The translations under genes were made by a program, and so were the position numbers. A DNA stretch of 64,000 bases from Octopus sinensis. Its lineage: Eukaryota. Shown here one piece after another: positions 1 through 11,995 of the stretch (positions are counted from its first letter, which is position 1; every line of letters starts with the position of its first letter). The DNA is taken from the NCBI RefSeq assembly GCF_006345805.1, contig NC_043004.1:37696001-37760000 (forward strand), in the 5' to 3' direction. A model generated the notes under the pieces. The model worked only from the letters and a program-made list of their open reading frames with translations, made no database searches and was not told the DNA's origin.

Positions 1-384
1 ACACCTCATGACCACTATTTATCTCTTTGCAGCTGATTCATTTCTCACTCTCCCTTAAATATGAGCAAACATGTAGCTCCTCTACAAGAAACTAGTCAGC
101 CGCGTCCCCTTCTCTCATATCTCAACCCTCACCCATGAGCATAAAGCCCCTCCCTTCAGGTTTTGTAGGTTTGTGAGCTGTTAGGAGTGTTCCATTCTAC
201 ATGTCCAAAGTAAGCAGGTGATTTGTTGGTAACATTATATATACATATGTATAGTGGACATTAGAAAATTTTGTTTTGCTGAATGATGTGTACAAATAAT
301 TCATTATTTTGATTAAATGTATGTCCTGTACTTTAGCTCAAATGTATGTACTTTTCATTAGCTCACTCATTCCATGAAATTGAT

Positions 385-530
385 GTTGCCTGAACAGGCG
401 CAGTGTACTACACATTAGGTGTGTAAGTGATTGCAGGGCAACATGAGAGTGTTTTGATCCAAGAATTGAAATCACAATCTAGCAATTGTGAGTGCAACAC
501 TGTAACCATTAGGCGATGCCACCTTCACAC
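385..530 (-). mobile_element. Degenerate tRNA-derived SINE
   Basis: Homologous by eye to 55150-55345 (gattgcag.gcaa...ggaattgaaatcacaa.ctagcaattgtgagtg.aaca). Confidence 0.6.
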
Positions 531-541
531 ACACACATATG

Positions 542-945
542 TATTGGGTTGGTTAAAATTTTGGTTTTTGTCACTACTAAACTTCAAGCACTCTAATAAG
601 TAGCTAACTTCAGTCTGTCCTTTGTGTGTGCTTACTTGTTAGATACTAGACACTTCAATGTAGTTTGTTGCCATCTTGCGATTAGACAGGTTGTATTTTG
701 TGTACTTGAATTCACCCTGAAAATGAAGAACCCAAACGAACATTATCAACACCTCATGCTATTTTATTTTAAAAAGACAAGAAAGTGGTGCAAATCTTCA
801 GGAATGTATGTGCTATGTACTAAGAGGATGTTCCTATGGGACGTGTGCCAGAAGTGGTTTACAAGATTTCAGTCAAGAAATTTTTTTCTGTTCAAGATGC
901 ACCCCACTCTGGCTGACCAATTGAGATTAACAGTGACACCAACTC
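542..945 (+). mobile_element. Mariner 5' fragment (TIR plus decayed transposase N-terminus)
   Basis: TA|TTGGGTTGG terminus; MKNPNEHYQHLMLFYFK...CQKWFTRFQS...DAPHSG resembles the mariner HTH region, frameshifted. Confidence 0.8.
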
Positions 946-1117
946 AGCACTTTATGTATTACATGTATAATTATTCTAAGTTTCTATTTTGCTTTTTCTA
1001 TACATATTCTACTTATTTTTCTCTGTATATTCAACTTTATATTTTGACTGTTTGTAATTTTTTCAGTTTCATGTTATTGTTTCAATATTTTAAGGTTTTA
1101 ATTCTACTTTCCTTTAG

Positions 1118-1237
1118 CTCTGCATTCAGAACAATCCAAATGAGGCTAGAAATATGTTATTACAAAATCCACAGCTGGCATATGCTCTGCTTCAAGCTCA
1201 GATTGTTATGCAGATTGTTGAACCACAAGTAGCTACG
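1118..1237 (+). CDS. CSTF2: CSTF2 (CstF-64) internal exon, hinge domain
   Basis: ttcctttag|CTC...ACG|gtttgt; LCIQNNPNEARNMLLQNPQLAYALLQAQIVMQIVEPQVAT matches the CstF-64 hinge; phase 0/0. RRM exons are upstream of the window. Confidence 0.95.
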
Positions 1238-2959
1238 GTTTGTATTAACATTTTTTCCACTTTGAAATCTGTTATATTAATACTGTCAATAATTTTTACT
1301 TTTCATTGTAACTACTGCTTTATCAGTTATTCTATCTTGTGCCAACCTTGTACCTATATTAAAAACAGTTCATAACCATTAGTACAAAAATTAATACATT
1401 AATGTAATAGCTGCTTTTAAATGTTGTTTTACTGTCTGTACGTTTGTATCCATTGGTTGTAATGCCTAAATAATACTGAATTCTTATCCTTCCATGTCAT
1501 TGCAACCATTTCTTTGAAGAGATCCCCCCAACTTGCTAAGCAGTTGCTGCTAGCCATCTTCAGATCTTTTAAACTCAATATCTTCCTTTTTTCAAATTGT
1601 TTTATAATTTTAGTATGTGTATTTTGGACTATCAATCTCCTTTTATATACACTACATAAATCTGAAAGTTTCCAAAAGTCATCCTTTTTAAATCATTCTC
1701 TAAACGCTGATCCTTCTGTTAGACCACATAGTTCAATCAATAGGTCTCACTCTTTAGAAGAATTTCAGAAATCAAAAGTATCATCGTTGCCACAGAAGAG
1801 AAATACCTACAGAACTAAACCCAAAAACTCTTCTGAAATGCAAAGTAGTTCATCTGAGAGTGACTCATTGAAAAGGGATCTGCATAAGTTATCAGCTGAT
1901 CTTGAACAAGATTACGAGAGAAGTGTGAAGCATAGTCAGTTAACATGCTCATTGCCTACTAGAATTGATATGGCAAGTGAACAAATTTCTGTTGGTGTCT
2001 CACCGAAAAATCAATATCCATACTCTCTGCCAGCCTCGCTTAATACTAACAGGGATTTATTTGAATTTTACAATAGTAGGGAGGATTCACAAATTCATTC
2101 TTTATTTTCTAAATATGAATTACCTTTGGAAAGTAACGTTGGCCTGTTCTTCAGTTAATAGTGCATATGTCTTTGGCAAAGAAATTTCTGATATAAAAAT
2201 TTCAATGAACTATACATTATTATGACAGAAATAACTGAGTACAAAGCTATTAATAACTGAACTTAATAACTCTTCAATAATTATCCTAAATATCTTGCAC
2301 CAACTATATGTCCAAGTTTAATTTTCCTGTTGCTCAGCAAATTGTCTCTTCTCAAATACTTTTCCTCGCAACAGATTTAACATAAAGTGATTTTTTAATT
2401 GAAAGTTTTTGCCAGTGACACACTGAAGATAGAACTCCCTGTGGTTCACTTGCTATTTAGTCCATAGCTGGGATCCTGACAGGTGCTACTACCCGATGCA
2501 ATTTTGAAAATCATGTACATATGGACACACAAATACATATACACGTATATTCACATATATCTGGTTATATACACACAGATACTCATACATGTGTATGTAC
2601 ACACACACACACACACATGCATGGATATATGTATCAGATGAACAGCGGCAAAAATAAAATAAATAAAAAACAAATATAATGAACATGCAATATTTACTGA
2701 CATAATAATTAGATGTGGATGCACACGTATCTACATATATACATGTATGTGCATGTGGAACACATACACACAATTACAAATATACAAACATATAGAATCA
2801 GATATCTGTGTCTATAAAGCAGACGGTGTGGTGGTCAGTTGTATCCATATTTGTTGTGGACAGAGTATGGTAAAAGAAAGTTTTACTGCAAATACAATGA
2901 ATAGATTTATCTTGACTTGTTTGATTTTATTCAAATTTATTATGTTGACTATTCTACAG

Positions 2960-3049
2960 GCAATGCTTCACAGGGATTCCAGTCAGATTCCTCCATTATT
3001 ACCTTCAGTGAATGCTCAGAATGAAAGTGGCTTGGGTAACACGGCAACA
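2960..3049 (+). CDS. CSTF2: CSTF2 exon
   Basis: ctacag|GCA...ACA|gtaagt; AMLHRDSSQIPPLLPSVNAQNESGLGNTAT; phase 0/0. Confidence 0.85.
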
Positions 3050-3191
3050 GTAAGTGTTTTTTTCTTCCTCTAAATAAACTTTTTATTCAAACTTGAAAAA
3101 CCTGAAAAGTGTAAGGAAAAATACAGAACCAAACTAAAGTTTGCTGGACGTGTCCTCTCACCTGCCACACCTGTTTTTGGTTTTCACTCAA

Positions 3192-3372
3192 GTACAAGGC
3201 TAGCAATTTTGGGATATAGGATAAGCCAATTGCATTGACCTGAGTGTTCAACTTGCAAAAGGATGAAAGGCAAAGTCAACCCTGGCAGCAGTTGAACTCA
3301 GAACATAAAGTTGGAAGAAATGCTGCTAAGCACTTTCCGTGGTATGCTAACAATTCTTCCAGCTCACCACCT
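3192..3372 (-). mobile_element. SINE family B copy
   Basis: Shares aaaggatgaaaggcaaagtc/gaactcagaa blocks with 13531-13706, 38833-39062, 44430-44650 and 54860-55035. Confidence 0.7.
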
Positions 3373-4371
3373 TAGATAATGATTACAAATTAATCTTGCA
3401 GGTAAATAGAAAATAAAAACAAGTTAAATTTGAAAAAAATAAGTCATATTTATACATAAACAGCAATATTCCTAAAAACGCTTGAATTCTTAACTTTCTT
3501 TCAAGTATGTGGTATGTCTCAACCATCTTTTTTCCTTCATTTCCTTGGAAAGACTGTGGCTAGGTCTAATATCTCCCTAAAAAAAAAAAACTAAGAAAAG
3601 CAGTTTTAAATTCTTACTATATTCAGGTACAAATTAATTTTTTTTTCTATCGCCATCAGAACTGTTGTCAGCATTGTTTCACTTTCAAAAAAAAATATCT
3701 AATTCATAATCACACATGTGTGATTTTTATGTTTGCAGTTTATGTCTTCTATGCCTTCTTTCAAAAATACTTTGAATTCAATCTCACTGCTTGACAACAA
3801 AACTAGTATCCAGTTTTTTGTCTACAGTGAAACATTTCACAAAATCAAAGTGAGTAAAAAATGGAGAAAAAAATCTCTAAAAATTCATAGCACCCACATA
3901 TCCTGTAAAATAATGTCAGACAATGTAACTCAATTGCTTACATAGTGAAATCATGTGTTTTTACAAATGTACTAATGAGATTTTTGCTGAAATTTTCATT
4001 GAAATATGAATAGGTCATTTTGGGTGGGTATAGGTGGTTTGGTAACATTAACCAAAATATTTTCAGGAGTCTATGGATAGGTTGGTAACAAAAGGGTTAA
4101 GAGATCTTGCTAAACAATTTCATTGTGATCTTTACTGCTATCCCTTCTGCTTGTTCCTCTTAAGTAGGTTTATTCTCTTTACACATCTTGTTCAACACTC
4201 TTTCGTAGTGATACTTCTGTGTCATTTTTCTGTTTGCGCTATCTCTTTGGGCACATTCTAATTTATAAAACATTTTCAGCCATCAATAGAATATATTGAA
4301 CTTGTTTTTCAATTTTCTTCTTTCTTTTAAACTTCATGTTGAACATTCACTCTATTTTGTTTGATAACTAG

Positions 4372-4483
4372 ACTATGTCATTAGCTGCCACTTCAGGGGC
4401 CATAAATATTCCAGGTGGATCACTACAAGGAACTACAGCACCAGTTGCTACTTTGAATAATTTAATACCAAACTCTCAAGCAG
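4372..4483 (+). CDS. CSTF2: CSTF2 exon (low-complexity region)
   Basis: aactag|ACT...GCAG|gtacaa; TMSLAATSGAINIPGGSLQGTTAPVATLNNLIPNSQ; phase 0/1, fits both neighbouring exons. Confidence 0.75.
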
Positions 4484-5400
4484 GTACAAACACTTTTATT
4501 TATCCTTGTGTGTGTGTGTTAATGTTTCAACATTCCTAAGGTATCTATATGTACAAATGTATACATAAACAGCATATTTTTCGGTACATAAATATGTGCA
4601 GTTTGTATTTCATGCATGTGATTTTGAATCAAAACCAAATTTTTTACTTGCTAATACTACATTCAGACATAGATTTTTCTGAATGTTATATGATGCTACC
4701 ATCACATAAAGAATTCTGATGGCTGTTGTATAAGCAATGTCATACATTTCAAACATATAGCTTGTTGCATTTGATAGATCATTCGAAATATATTTTAGTT
4801 TTTAAGATTGGTACTTTCAGTATATAGAGTATATATTTTGATGTTAGAAGTAATTTGTAGCTAGAAACTTTTGTCATGGAGAAACTTTCCTATTTAAATT
4901 CATCTCAGTAGTTTTTCTGTTGAATATTTTATACTTAGTCCTGTGGTTGCTTATTATAGATAGTTAAAAAAAATTGAGTTTGTATATATTATATAACAAT
5001 TAAGTATCAATCATATACCATTCCCCAAGTGACACAAATATTAATATTGAATATGATTTCGTTTTTAAGAAAAAACACTCAAATAATGTTAACTCCAAAA
5101 TATCTGCTAAAAATCTAAACACGATAACAATCTTTAACCAGTTTAAGAAAATGGAAATGAAGTTGCCTAATTTAGTATTTTAGGGGATAATTTACTGTTT
5201 CTAAAGACACATTACCAACAGCAGGAAATTTTGCTAACAATTTCATTGATATAATTCCATTTACTGTGCAATTATCACTGAATCACTTCCCCCCTAGATA
5301 GGTATTGTAAAGCTTAAGATTTATTTCCAGTTAATTGTGATCTTACTGTATGTATGTCTGCTATATGCAAATATTGTTTATTGTCTTTCCTCTCTTCCAG

Positions 5401-5526
5401 CTCTACCTGGTCCCAATCCTGCTGGCAACACTGGAATACCCCAAAGGATGATGAATCCTAATATGCTGGCAACAGAAAGGCCAGCAGCTCCTTCTTTAGA
5501 TAATATTGTACCTCGAGCTCCATTGG
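5401..5526 (+). CDS. CSTF2: CSTF2 exon (Pro/Gly-rich)
   Basis: cttccag|CT...TTGG|gtatgt; ALPGPNPAGNTGIPQRMMNPNMLATERPAAPSLDNIVPRAPL; phase 1/1. Confidence 0.85.
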
Positions 5527-6591
5527 GTATGTCTCTAAATCAGTTTTGTTTTGTTTGTTTTCAGATTCATTTTTCTATGTAAATGCAGGTTAGAAAAATA
5601 TGTTTTACAAATGGATGTCCTTCTTGATGTTATCCCTAACAGTTTTTCAAATGCGGTATCTCTTACTCCATATGACTTCAGAGCACTAAATGCCAACGGA
5701 ATTGCTCAAATGTCACAACTTTCATGTAAAGAAATATGTATGTAAACTCATACATGCATGTGCGCGTGCATGTGTGTATAGGAGAATGCGGAGTAAACAT
5801 GGTTTAGACATCACAAAGTAGTGCTCAGATGAACGAAAACTTAAATTCTAACAAATGTATAATCACAACCCCATGCACACACCATGTGAGAATCTAAATC
5901 CAAGTCACAATTAACTTTATTAGCAGAAAGAGCCCCCCACCCCGGCAGTTTTCTGTTAGTCAAACCTAGAGTGTGTGTGTTTATATTACAGAACCTCTGT
6001 GTGTGAGGAGGAGAGAGAACTTTGCAAACAATGAATGAAATAAACATGAAATGAAAAAATCATATTAACAAAAGCACATTGAAAACTATTGGGATTCTTT
6101 GGGTTGAACCCTCAGAAATGCCAAAATGAACAGCTGGTTTTGTTCGTTAATTTTCGTAACAAAATTTTATTGATTTACTTTTGTTTTAAAGTGAAAGATG
6201 TATGTACATGTGTATGAAATGGATGTTTGTGTATATGTGAGAGAGATTGCCATTTAGACATCATTCTCTCTCTCTCTCGCACATAAATGTATGTGTGTGA
6301 CTCACTATACATGGAGGTGAACACAGCACACAAAAAGTAAATAGAAAAAATTTTATAGACATTAACAAAGTATGTGGGTTCAAGCGAAAGAATGCCAAAC
6401 TATCTTGGCTAAATATTTAAATTTGTGAACTTGAAATATTCAATAATAAAAGGAAGTTCAGAAAGTAAATTTTCGTGAAAGCTTTAATTTATAAAATATC
6501 TCATTTGCTTAGTAAATATTTCTTTCAATAATTTATCGAAGTTGTAATATATCTGTAATTTAAAGAAACTTCAAGATAACCCTAGCATACA

Positions 6592-6780
6592 TTATATACA
6601 TTTGACAGATATTTGTCCTCATCTTTGTTTGTTGTTAACACAACGTTTCGGCTGATATACCCTCCAGCCTTCATCAGGTGTATTGGGGAAATTTCGAACC
6701 TAGGTTTTCATTCCTAAGGTATTTTTGGATGTTGTTGTTATTGTTGTTATTATTCAGGTCACTGACCTGGAATCAAACTC
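6592..6780 (-). mobile_element. Short PLE-derived/SINE-like element carrying a hammerhead motif
   Basis: About 130 bp shared with 63750-63880; contains CTGATGA-stem-GAAACGTT on the minus strand. Confidence 0.7.
6638..6681 (-). ncRNA. Minimal type-I hammerhead ribozyme, core intact
   Basis: ACAC-CUGAUGA-A-GGCUG(GAGGGUAUAU)CAGCC-GAAA-CGU-U-GUGU: 4-bp stem I, 5-bp stem II, palindromic ACGU stem III. Confidence 0.7.
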
Positions 6781-6843
6781 ATTTAATCTTAGCTTTATTA
6801 TTTTACATTAAAATGGAAATTCATTATCTTATTTTATATTTAG

Positions 6844-7034
6844 ATGTTGATTTACGAGTCCGTCCTGCAGAAATGGGAGGACATGCACCACCTCCACCTC
6901 CTCATTTTGCTGAAATATGTCCACCTCCTATTCCTGCACCAAGAATGGAACTGAGAGATCCCCGTGTTATGGAACCAAGAATTCCTCCACTTAGAGATTT
7001 TCAAGGATTAACTCAAAGTGTTCGAGCACACCAG
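6844..7034 (+). CDS. CSTF2: CSTF2 exon (Pro-rich, MExR motifs)
   Basis: ttag|AT...CAG|gtataa; DVDLRVRPAEMGGHAPPPPPHF...MELRDPRVMEPRIPPLRD...AHQ; phase 1/0. Confidence 0.85.
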
Positions 7035-8238
7035 GTATAATACAAAATATCCATCTCTTAGAACTGACAATAGACTTATAACATCAATAAGAAAATTAAA
7101 TTTTATGCTTAAATTACAAAATGTAATGGGCGAAATTGTATTTTATTACTTTTGAATTACCACTACAGAAATCTGATTGCTTGTCATAATTTCTGAGTGG
7201 AGTTATTATTAGAACAATATGTATTCAAAGAAACACTGCTATCTGTTTAATATGGATTTGACATTTGTTATATTGCACAATAGAATATATACATATGTAG
7301 GTGTGAATGTGTCATTAAGAAGTCTGCTTCCCAACCACATGATTTCAGGTTGAATCCCACAGCATATCACTTTGGGCAAGTATCTTTTACTATAGTCCTG
7401 GACTAACCAAAGCCTTATGAATGAATTCGCTAGATGGAAACTGAAAGAAGCTTGTATATATGTATGTGTATGCAAGTATGTGGGTGTTACTGCCTTCTTG
7501 CCTTGACTACATGTGATAATTGTGAATGACTGTCACTATCTTGCAAGCAGTGTCTGACCATGGGGAAATATTACCTTAGAAATAGATGAATGTTGGTTAC
7601 AGGAAGAGCATCCCGACATAAAGAAATCCACCCCAACAAACTCCATTTGACTCATGGAAAGTGGATGTTACAATGATGATGAAGTGACTCATATGATACT
7701 GCTTGTATGAGAAGATCATGTAGATATTGGCTTGGCTGTGGAATCGCCATCAATAAAAATGCTTCAACTAATGTTCCCCACCTAATTACATCATTTAAGT
7801 AGCAAAAACTATTATCTACTTCTAGTGAGCTATGTGAACATTTATGAGAATTCCCATATTCAAGATTACCGTACCCATTATATTCATTCAGTTTTTAGGT
7901 GGTGGAATAATATTTGAAGATTTCATTACCAGTATAACAGTCCAGTCAGTTTTTTGGAACTCCTTTGTTGATTCAAAGAATAGTTGATATAGCAAAGCCA
8001 CATTGGTTAACTGAATTGAATTTATAAACACAATCAATAGAATTTTAAATGCATTTTATTTGTAAAACTCCTTAATTTTTTGTGTGTGTGTCATGAAAGT
8101 GTTTTCCATTAAAGATCAGGGAGTAAAAAAATGAAACTATATCACAATTCCAATTTAATTCACTTTTGGTCCATCTTTCGGAAAGTTTTAGGAATGGCAA
8201 AATATTTTTAGTTTCCTTTTAACTTCCCTATATTACAG

Positions 8239-8328
8239 ATCCCAGGCCTAGCAGCGGCTGCTGCCGCTGCTGCAGGCAATACTGTCAATCATATGGCACC
8301 TGGTATCTCACCTCAAGACGAAGAAAAG
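8239..8328 (+). CDS. CSTF2: CSTF2 penultimate exon
   Basis: ttacag|ATC...AAG|gtaagt; IPGLAAAAAAAAGNTVNHMAPGISPQDEEK leads into the conserved C-terminal domain. Confidence 0.92.
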
Positions 8329-9052
8329 GTAAGTACACAAGTTAATGTATCTTTCCCCAGATTTTATGCATAATGACTTCTTAGAAGGGCATGCATATTA
8401 GGTAAGTGTTCCATTTTGTATATTTTCCATTGTTATAGTGTTGTTTCAAACGAAATCCTTTTATATGAATGAAAATATCAGAATCAGTTTTATTTGTGTT
8501 TTCATGGAATGAGGTTACCAACATATACATCTTGATGACATGAGTAACAGACTATGACCTCATTACTTATTATAATCACACCAAACACAGAACGTAAACA
8601 TTATCACCATTTTTATCAAAACTGTCTAATAAAATGTTAACCAATCCTAACTATCCAGTTCAAAATGTGAAACCATATTTAATGTTTATAATATTGAAAA
8701 TTTTTTTATACACCTGGCCACGTATATTATGACCTCCATAGCTTTGAGGGCATGCCTTGGCAATTGCCATCATTCATCTCTCTCTCTCTTCCTTACTCTA
8801 CCATCCCATCTATGCTCTGATCCTTGTTACTTGTGAATATACTCTGGCACTTCACCACCATCTGTCTCCTACTTCTTTGTTGTTTCTCTCTCTCTCTCTT
8901 CTTTCTCTCTCCTCGCTCTGGCCAAGTAACCATGTACCTCCTCTATAGCAAGACACCTATTTCTGCCTTTTTCTTTCTGTCATACTCTAACCTTTCATCA
9001 TCTGAAACAAGATCAACTCCTCCCCTCTCAGAATTCCTTGTATTGCTAGTTA

Positions 9053-9347
9053 CTAGGTGACCCTGCCAGTGCTGGTGCCATGTAAAAAGCATCCAGTTCA
9101 CACTGTAAAGTGGTTGGCATTTAGATGGGCATCCAGCTGTAAAAAATCATGCCAAAACTGACTTTGCCTGTGCTGGTGCCATGTAAAAAGCACTCAGTCT
9201 ATTCTGCAGAGTGGTTGATGTTGGCAAGGGCATCCAACCATAAAAACTCTGCTAGAAAAGACAGTAGCCTAGGGTAGTCTTCTACCTGGCCAGCTCTTGT
9301 CAAACATCCAACCCATGCATGGAAGACAGATGTTAAACAATGATGAT
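9053..9347 (+). mobile_element. RTE 3'-tail element
   Basis: ggtgccatgtaaaaagca...ggcatccag...acccatgc...atgatgat; same family as 12500-12665, 14153-14543, 18236-18603 and 18860-19052. Confidence 0.75.
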
Positions 9348-9447
9348 AATGTATGTGTCTATAAATATATTGTTTTTAATATATACAACACATAAACAGA
9401 GCCTGAAAGATTGTTTTAAGATACATGGTGTATTTTATAGATATACC

Positions 9448-10800
9448 TGTTCAACTATCATAATAGTATGAAACCATTAGTTGCTCTTTTGGTTGTGTAT
9501 TTAATTTGATATATATATATGTATATTATATCCTTGTATTGGATATATAATATAACAAAGCAAGGGGATAGAAAATATATACATGACAAACTACTATCAC
9601 TATTACACGAGACTCACTGCTCTGAATCATGGCTTAGTGAAATGCTACCAACCCAAACTGCCAATCACTCACAGTTCTTTAATTTATAACAATGAGTCAG
9701 TCCACCTTGTGGAGTGGTCGGAATCCTTCCACAACATCTCCCCTTTTTACAATTAGTCTCCCCTTTTGAGAATTGAATTCCATTCAGAGTTTACATATCT
9801 CTTATGCTTAGGGTTCAATTCCAGTGTCTCTATCCTTTTCCATTTTCTGGTGCTAGAATGTGTAGTTTCAAATTGTTTGGATGTTGGTACCTCAAACATG
9901 TTGTACAATACTTCCATAGGGATTTAATTTCTCATGACGGTTTTTTCTGAGAATCTTTTCTTGAACTGGTTAATATGTCTTTTTTATTCAACACTTTTTT
10001 CCTTTCACCAGGAATCTCATTCTTTCAATTTGTTTAATTATTACACCATCCTCCCAGTTTTCTTTACCATATCTATAAGTTTAAAAAAAAAACTTTTTCA
10101 CCTAACTTGAAGTATTTTTGTCCTTCATCTTATTTTTATTTTCACTCGATATCAGCTTATCAAAGACGGATCTGACCTTTCTAGCAAATATCAATTCTGT
10201 GGGTGACATTCCTGATGGTGTATTCAGATTAGGTGTTACTCAGTACACTCTTAGAAATTGGAGTGCACAATCGTCCATCACTTCATTGTTCACCTTTTTC
10301 ACTGTCCTCCTGACAGTGTCATCAAAACACTCCACTTGCCCATTTGACCTAGTATGATGGGGCAGAGTGGTGACATATTCAATGACAATCATTTTACAAA
10401 ATTTTCTGAACTTGTCTGATGTAAATTAAGTTCCATTATCAGACAATATCTGGAATACCATACCTGGTGAACAGTTCATGTGAAAAACTTACTGTAACTG
10501 CAGATACACAAACCACTAGTCTTCTTGACTAGGAATAAAGTCACATAGTTGGCTTGCTATATATGGGATCTGAAGACCAACTGTTACCATACGCAATCAA
10601 GTGGAGCTTCATGGAAATCCATGCCATACGTAAATGGAACACAGAGAGGCAAGCTATGTTTAACTGAAGGATCTCACTTTTTTTTAATTCATGAATTCCA
10701 CTGCACTACTTCATTCCAGGTCTGAAACTTTTAGTAAATGTAATCACATGGACAAATGTTTTTTTGTCGAACTAGAGGACACCACCCTCTCCAGATTAAC
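9448..10800 (-). mobile_element. Ty3/Gypsy relic: integrase, PPT and probable 3' LTR
   Basis: Minus strand GIPD..DNGT*FTSDKFRKFC...HHTRSNGQVECFDDTVRR...SPTELIFARK. PPT AAAAAGGGGAGA (9748-9737) abuts TGTTGT. Putative LTR 9736-9448 (TG...CA). Confidence 0.8.
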
Positions 10801-10812
10801 ATGCTGTCTCTA

Positions 10813-11015
10813 TACTCTTTTACTTGTTTCAGTCATTTGACTGTGGCCATGCTGGAGCAACGCCTTTAGTCGAGTAAATTGACCCTGGGACTTATTATTT
10901 GTAAGCCCAGTACTTATTCTATCGGTCTCTTTTGCCTAACCGCTAAGTGACGGGGACGTAAACACACCAGCATCGGTTGTCAAGCAATGCTAGGGGGACA
11001 AACACAGACACACAC

Positions 11016-11046
<31 letters not shown>

Positions 11047-11224
11047 CATACATATATACGACAGGCTTCTTTCAGTTTCCGTCTACCAAATCCACTCACA
11101 AGGCATTGGTCAGCCCGGGGCTATAGCAGAAGACACTTGCCCAAGATGCCACGCAGTGGGACTGAACCCGGAACCATGTGGTTGGTTAGCAAGCTACTTA
11201 CCATACAGCCACTCCTGCGCCTAT
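10813..11224 (-). mobile_element. SINE family A (tRNA head, CORE-like block), full length
   Basis: A-box TGGCTGTATGGT, B-box GGTTCAGTCCC, cttgggcaagtgtcttct block; near-identical copies at 13064 and 35129. Confidence 0.9.
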
Positions 11225-11325
11225 CTTGTGTTTTCTCATTCCACCTTTTGCGTTCACCTTCCTTTCATCTTTTCCCATGCTTTCTCATAGACCAACATCC
11301 TTCTCATTTTTTTTATAATGTATAG

Positions 11326-11995
11326 AAAAGTGGAATCACAGAAAGTTTAACAGATAAAGTAGACTTTGTGTGTGACGGATGTGTAGGAACTGTAAACATT
11401 AAGAAATAGGTTTCATCAAAATCCCAATCAGATCCTCTGAGGTTGTAGATAGTTTCTGTTACTTAGGTAATCAAATTAACAGTGGAGTAGGGTGCTCTAA
11501 AAGTGTAGTTGCTAGAATAAGAACTGACTGGGGAATGTTCAAGGAGCTATTACCTCTGTTGGCAACAAAAGGTCTCTGTTTCAGAGTGTAAGGCAGATTG
11601 TATGATGCTTGTACAAATAGCTAGGCTACATAGTTGTGAAATGTGGGCTGTGGATGTAGAGGACATGTGAAGGCTTGAAAGAAATGAAGCTTGCATGTGT
11701 GCATGTACAACAAAGTATGTTGAGGGGAAAAGTTTGGCATAAGAGGAATTTGATATATACAAGAGAGAAGACTGCACTGGTATGGTCATGTGATACATGT
11801 GGATGAGATCAGTTGCATAAAGAAATGCTAATCACTAAGTGTGGATGGAACCTGTGGAAGAGGAAGACCTAGTAAAATGTGGGACAAAGTGGTGAAAATT
11901 ACCTCGAGATACTGAACTGCGTAGTGATGACAACAGACTGAAATGATTGGTGATTTGTTGATTTTTACATCCAGCTAAAAAAGTAAAGGGTATGC
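11326..11995 (+). mobile_element. Degenerate RTE LINE 3' fragment
   Basis: Homologous to 57330-57950 (FRELLPLL.TKGL...RLYDAC...CGC motifs). Confidence 0.75.

Noticed and set aside
624-1232. 202-aa ORF
   Set aside because: Composite of a decayed mariner N-terminus, T-rich intron and an off-frame pass through the CSTF2 exon.
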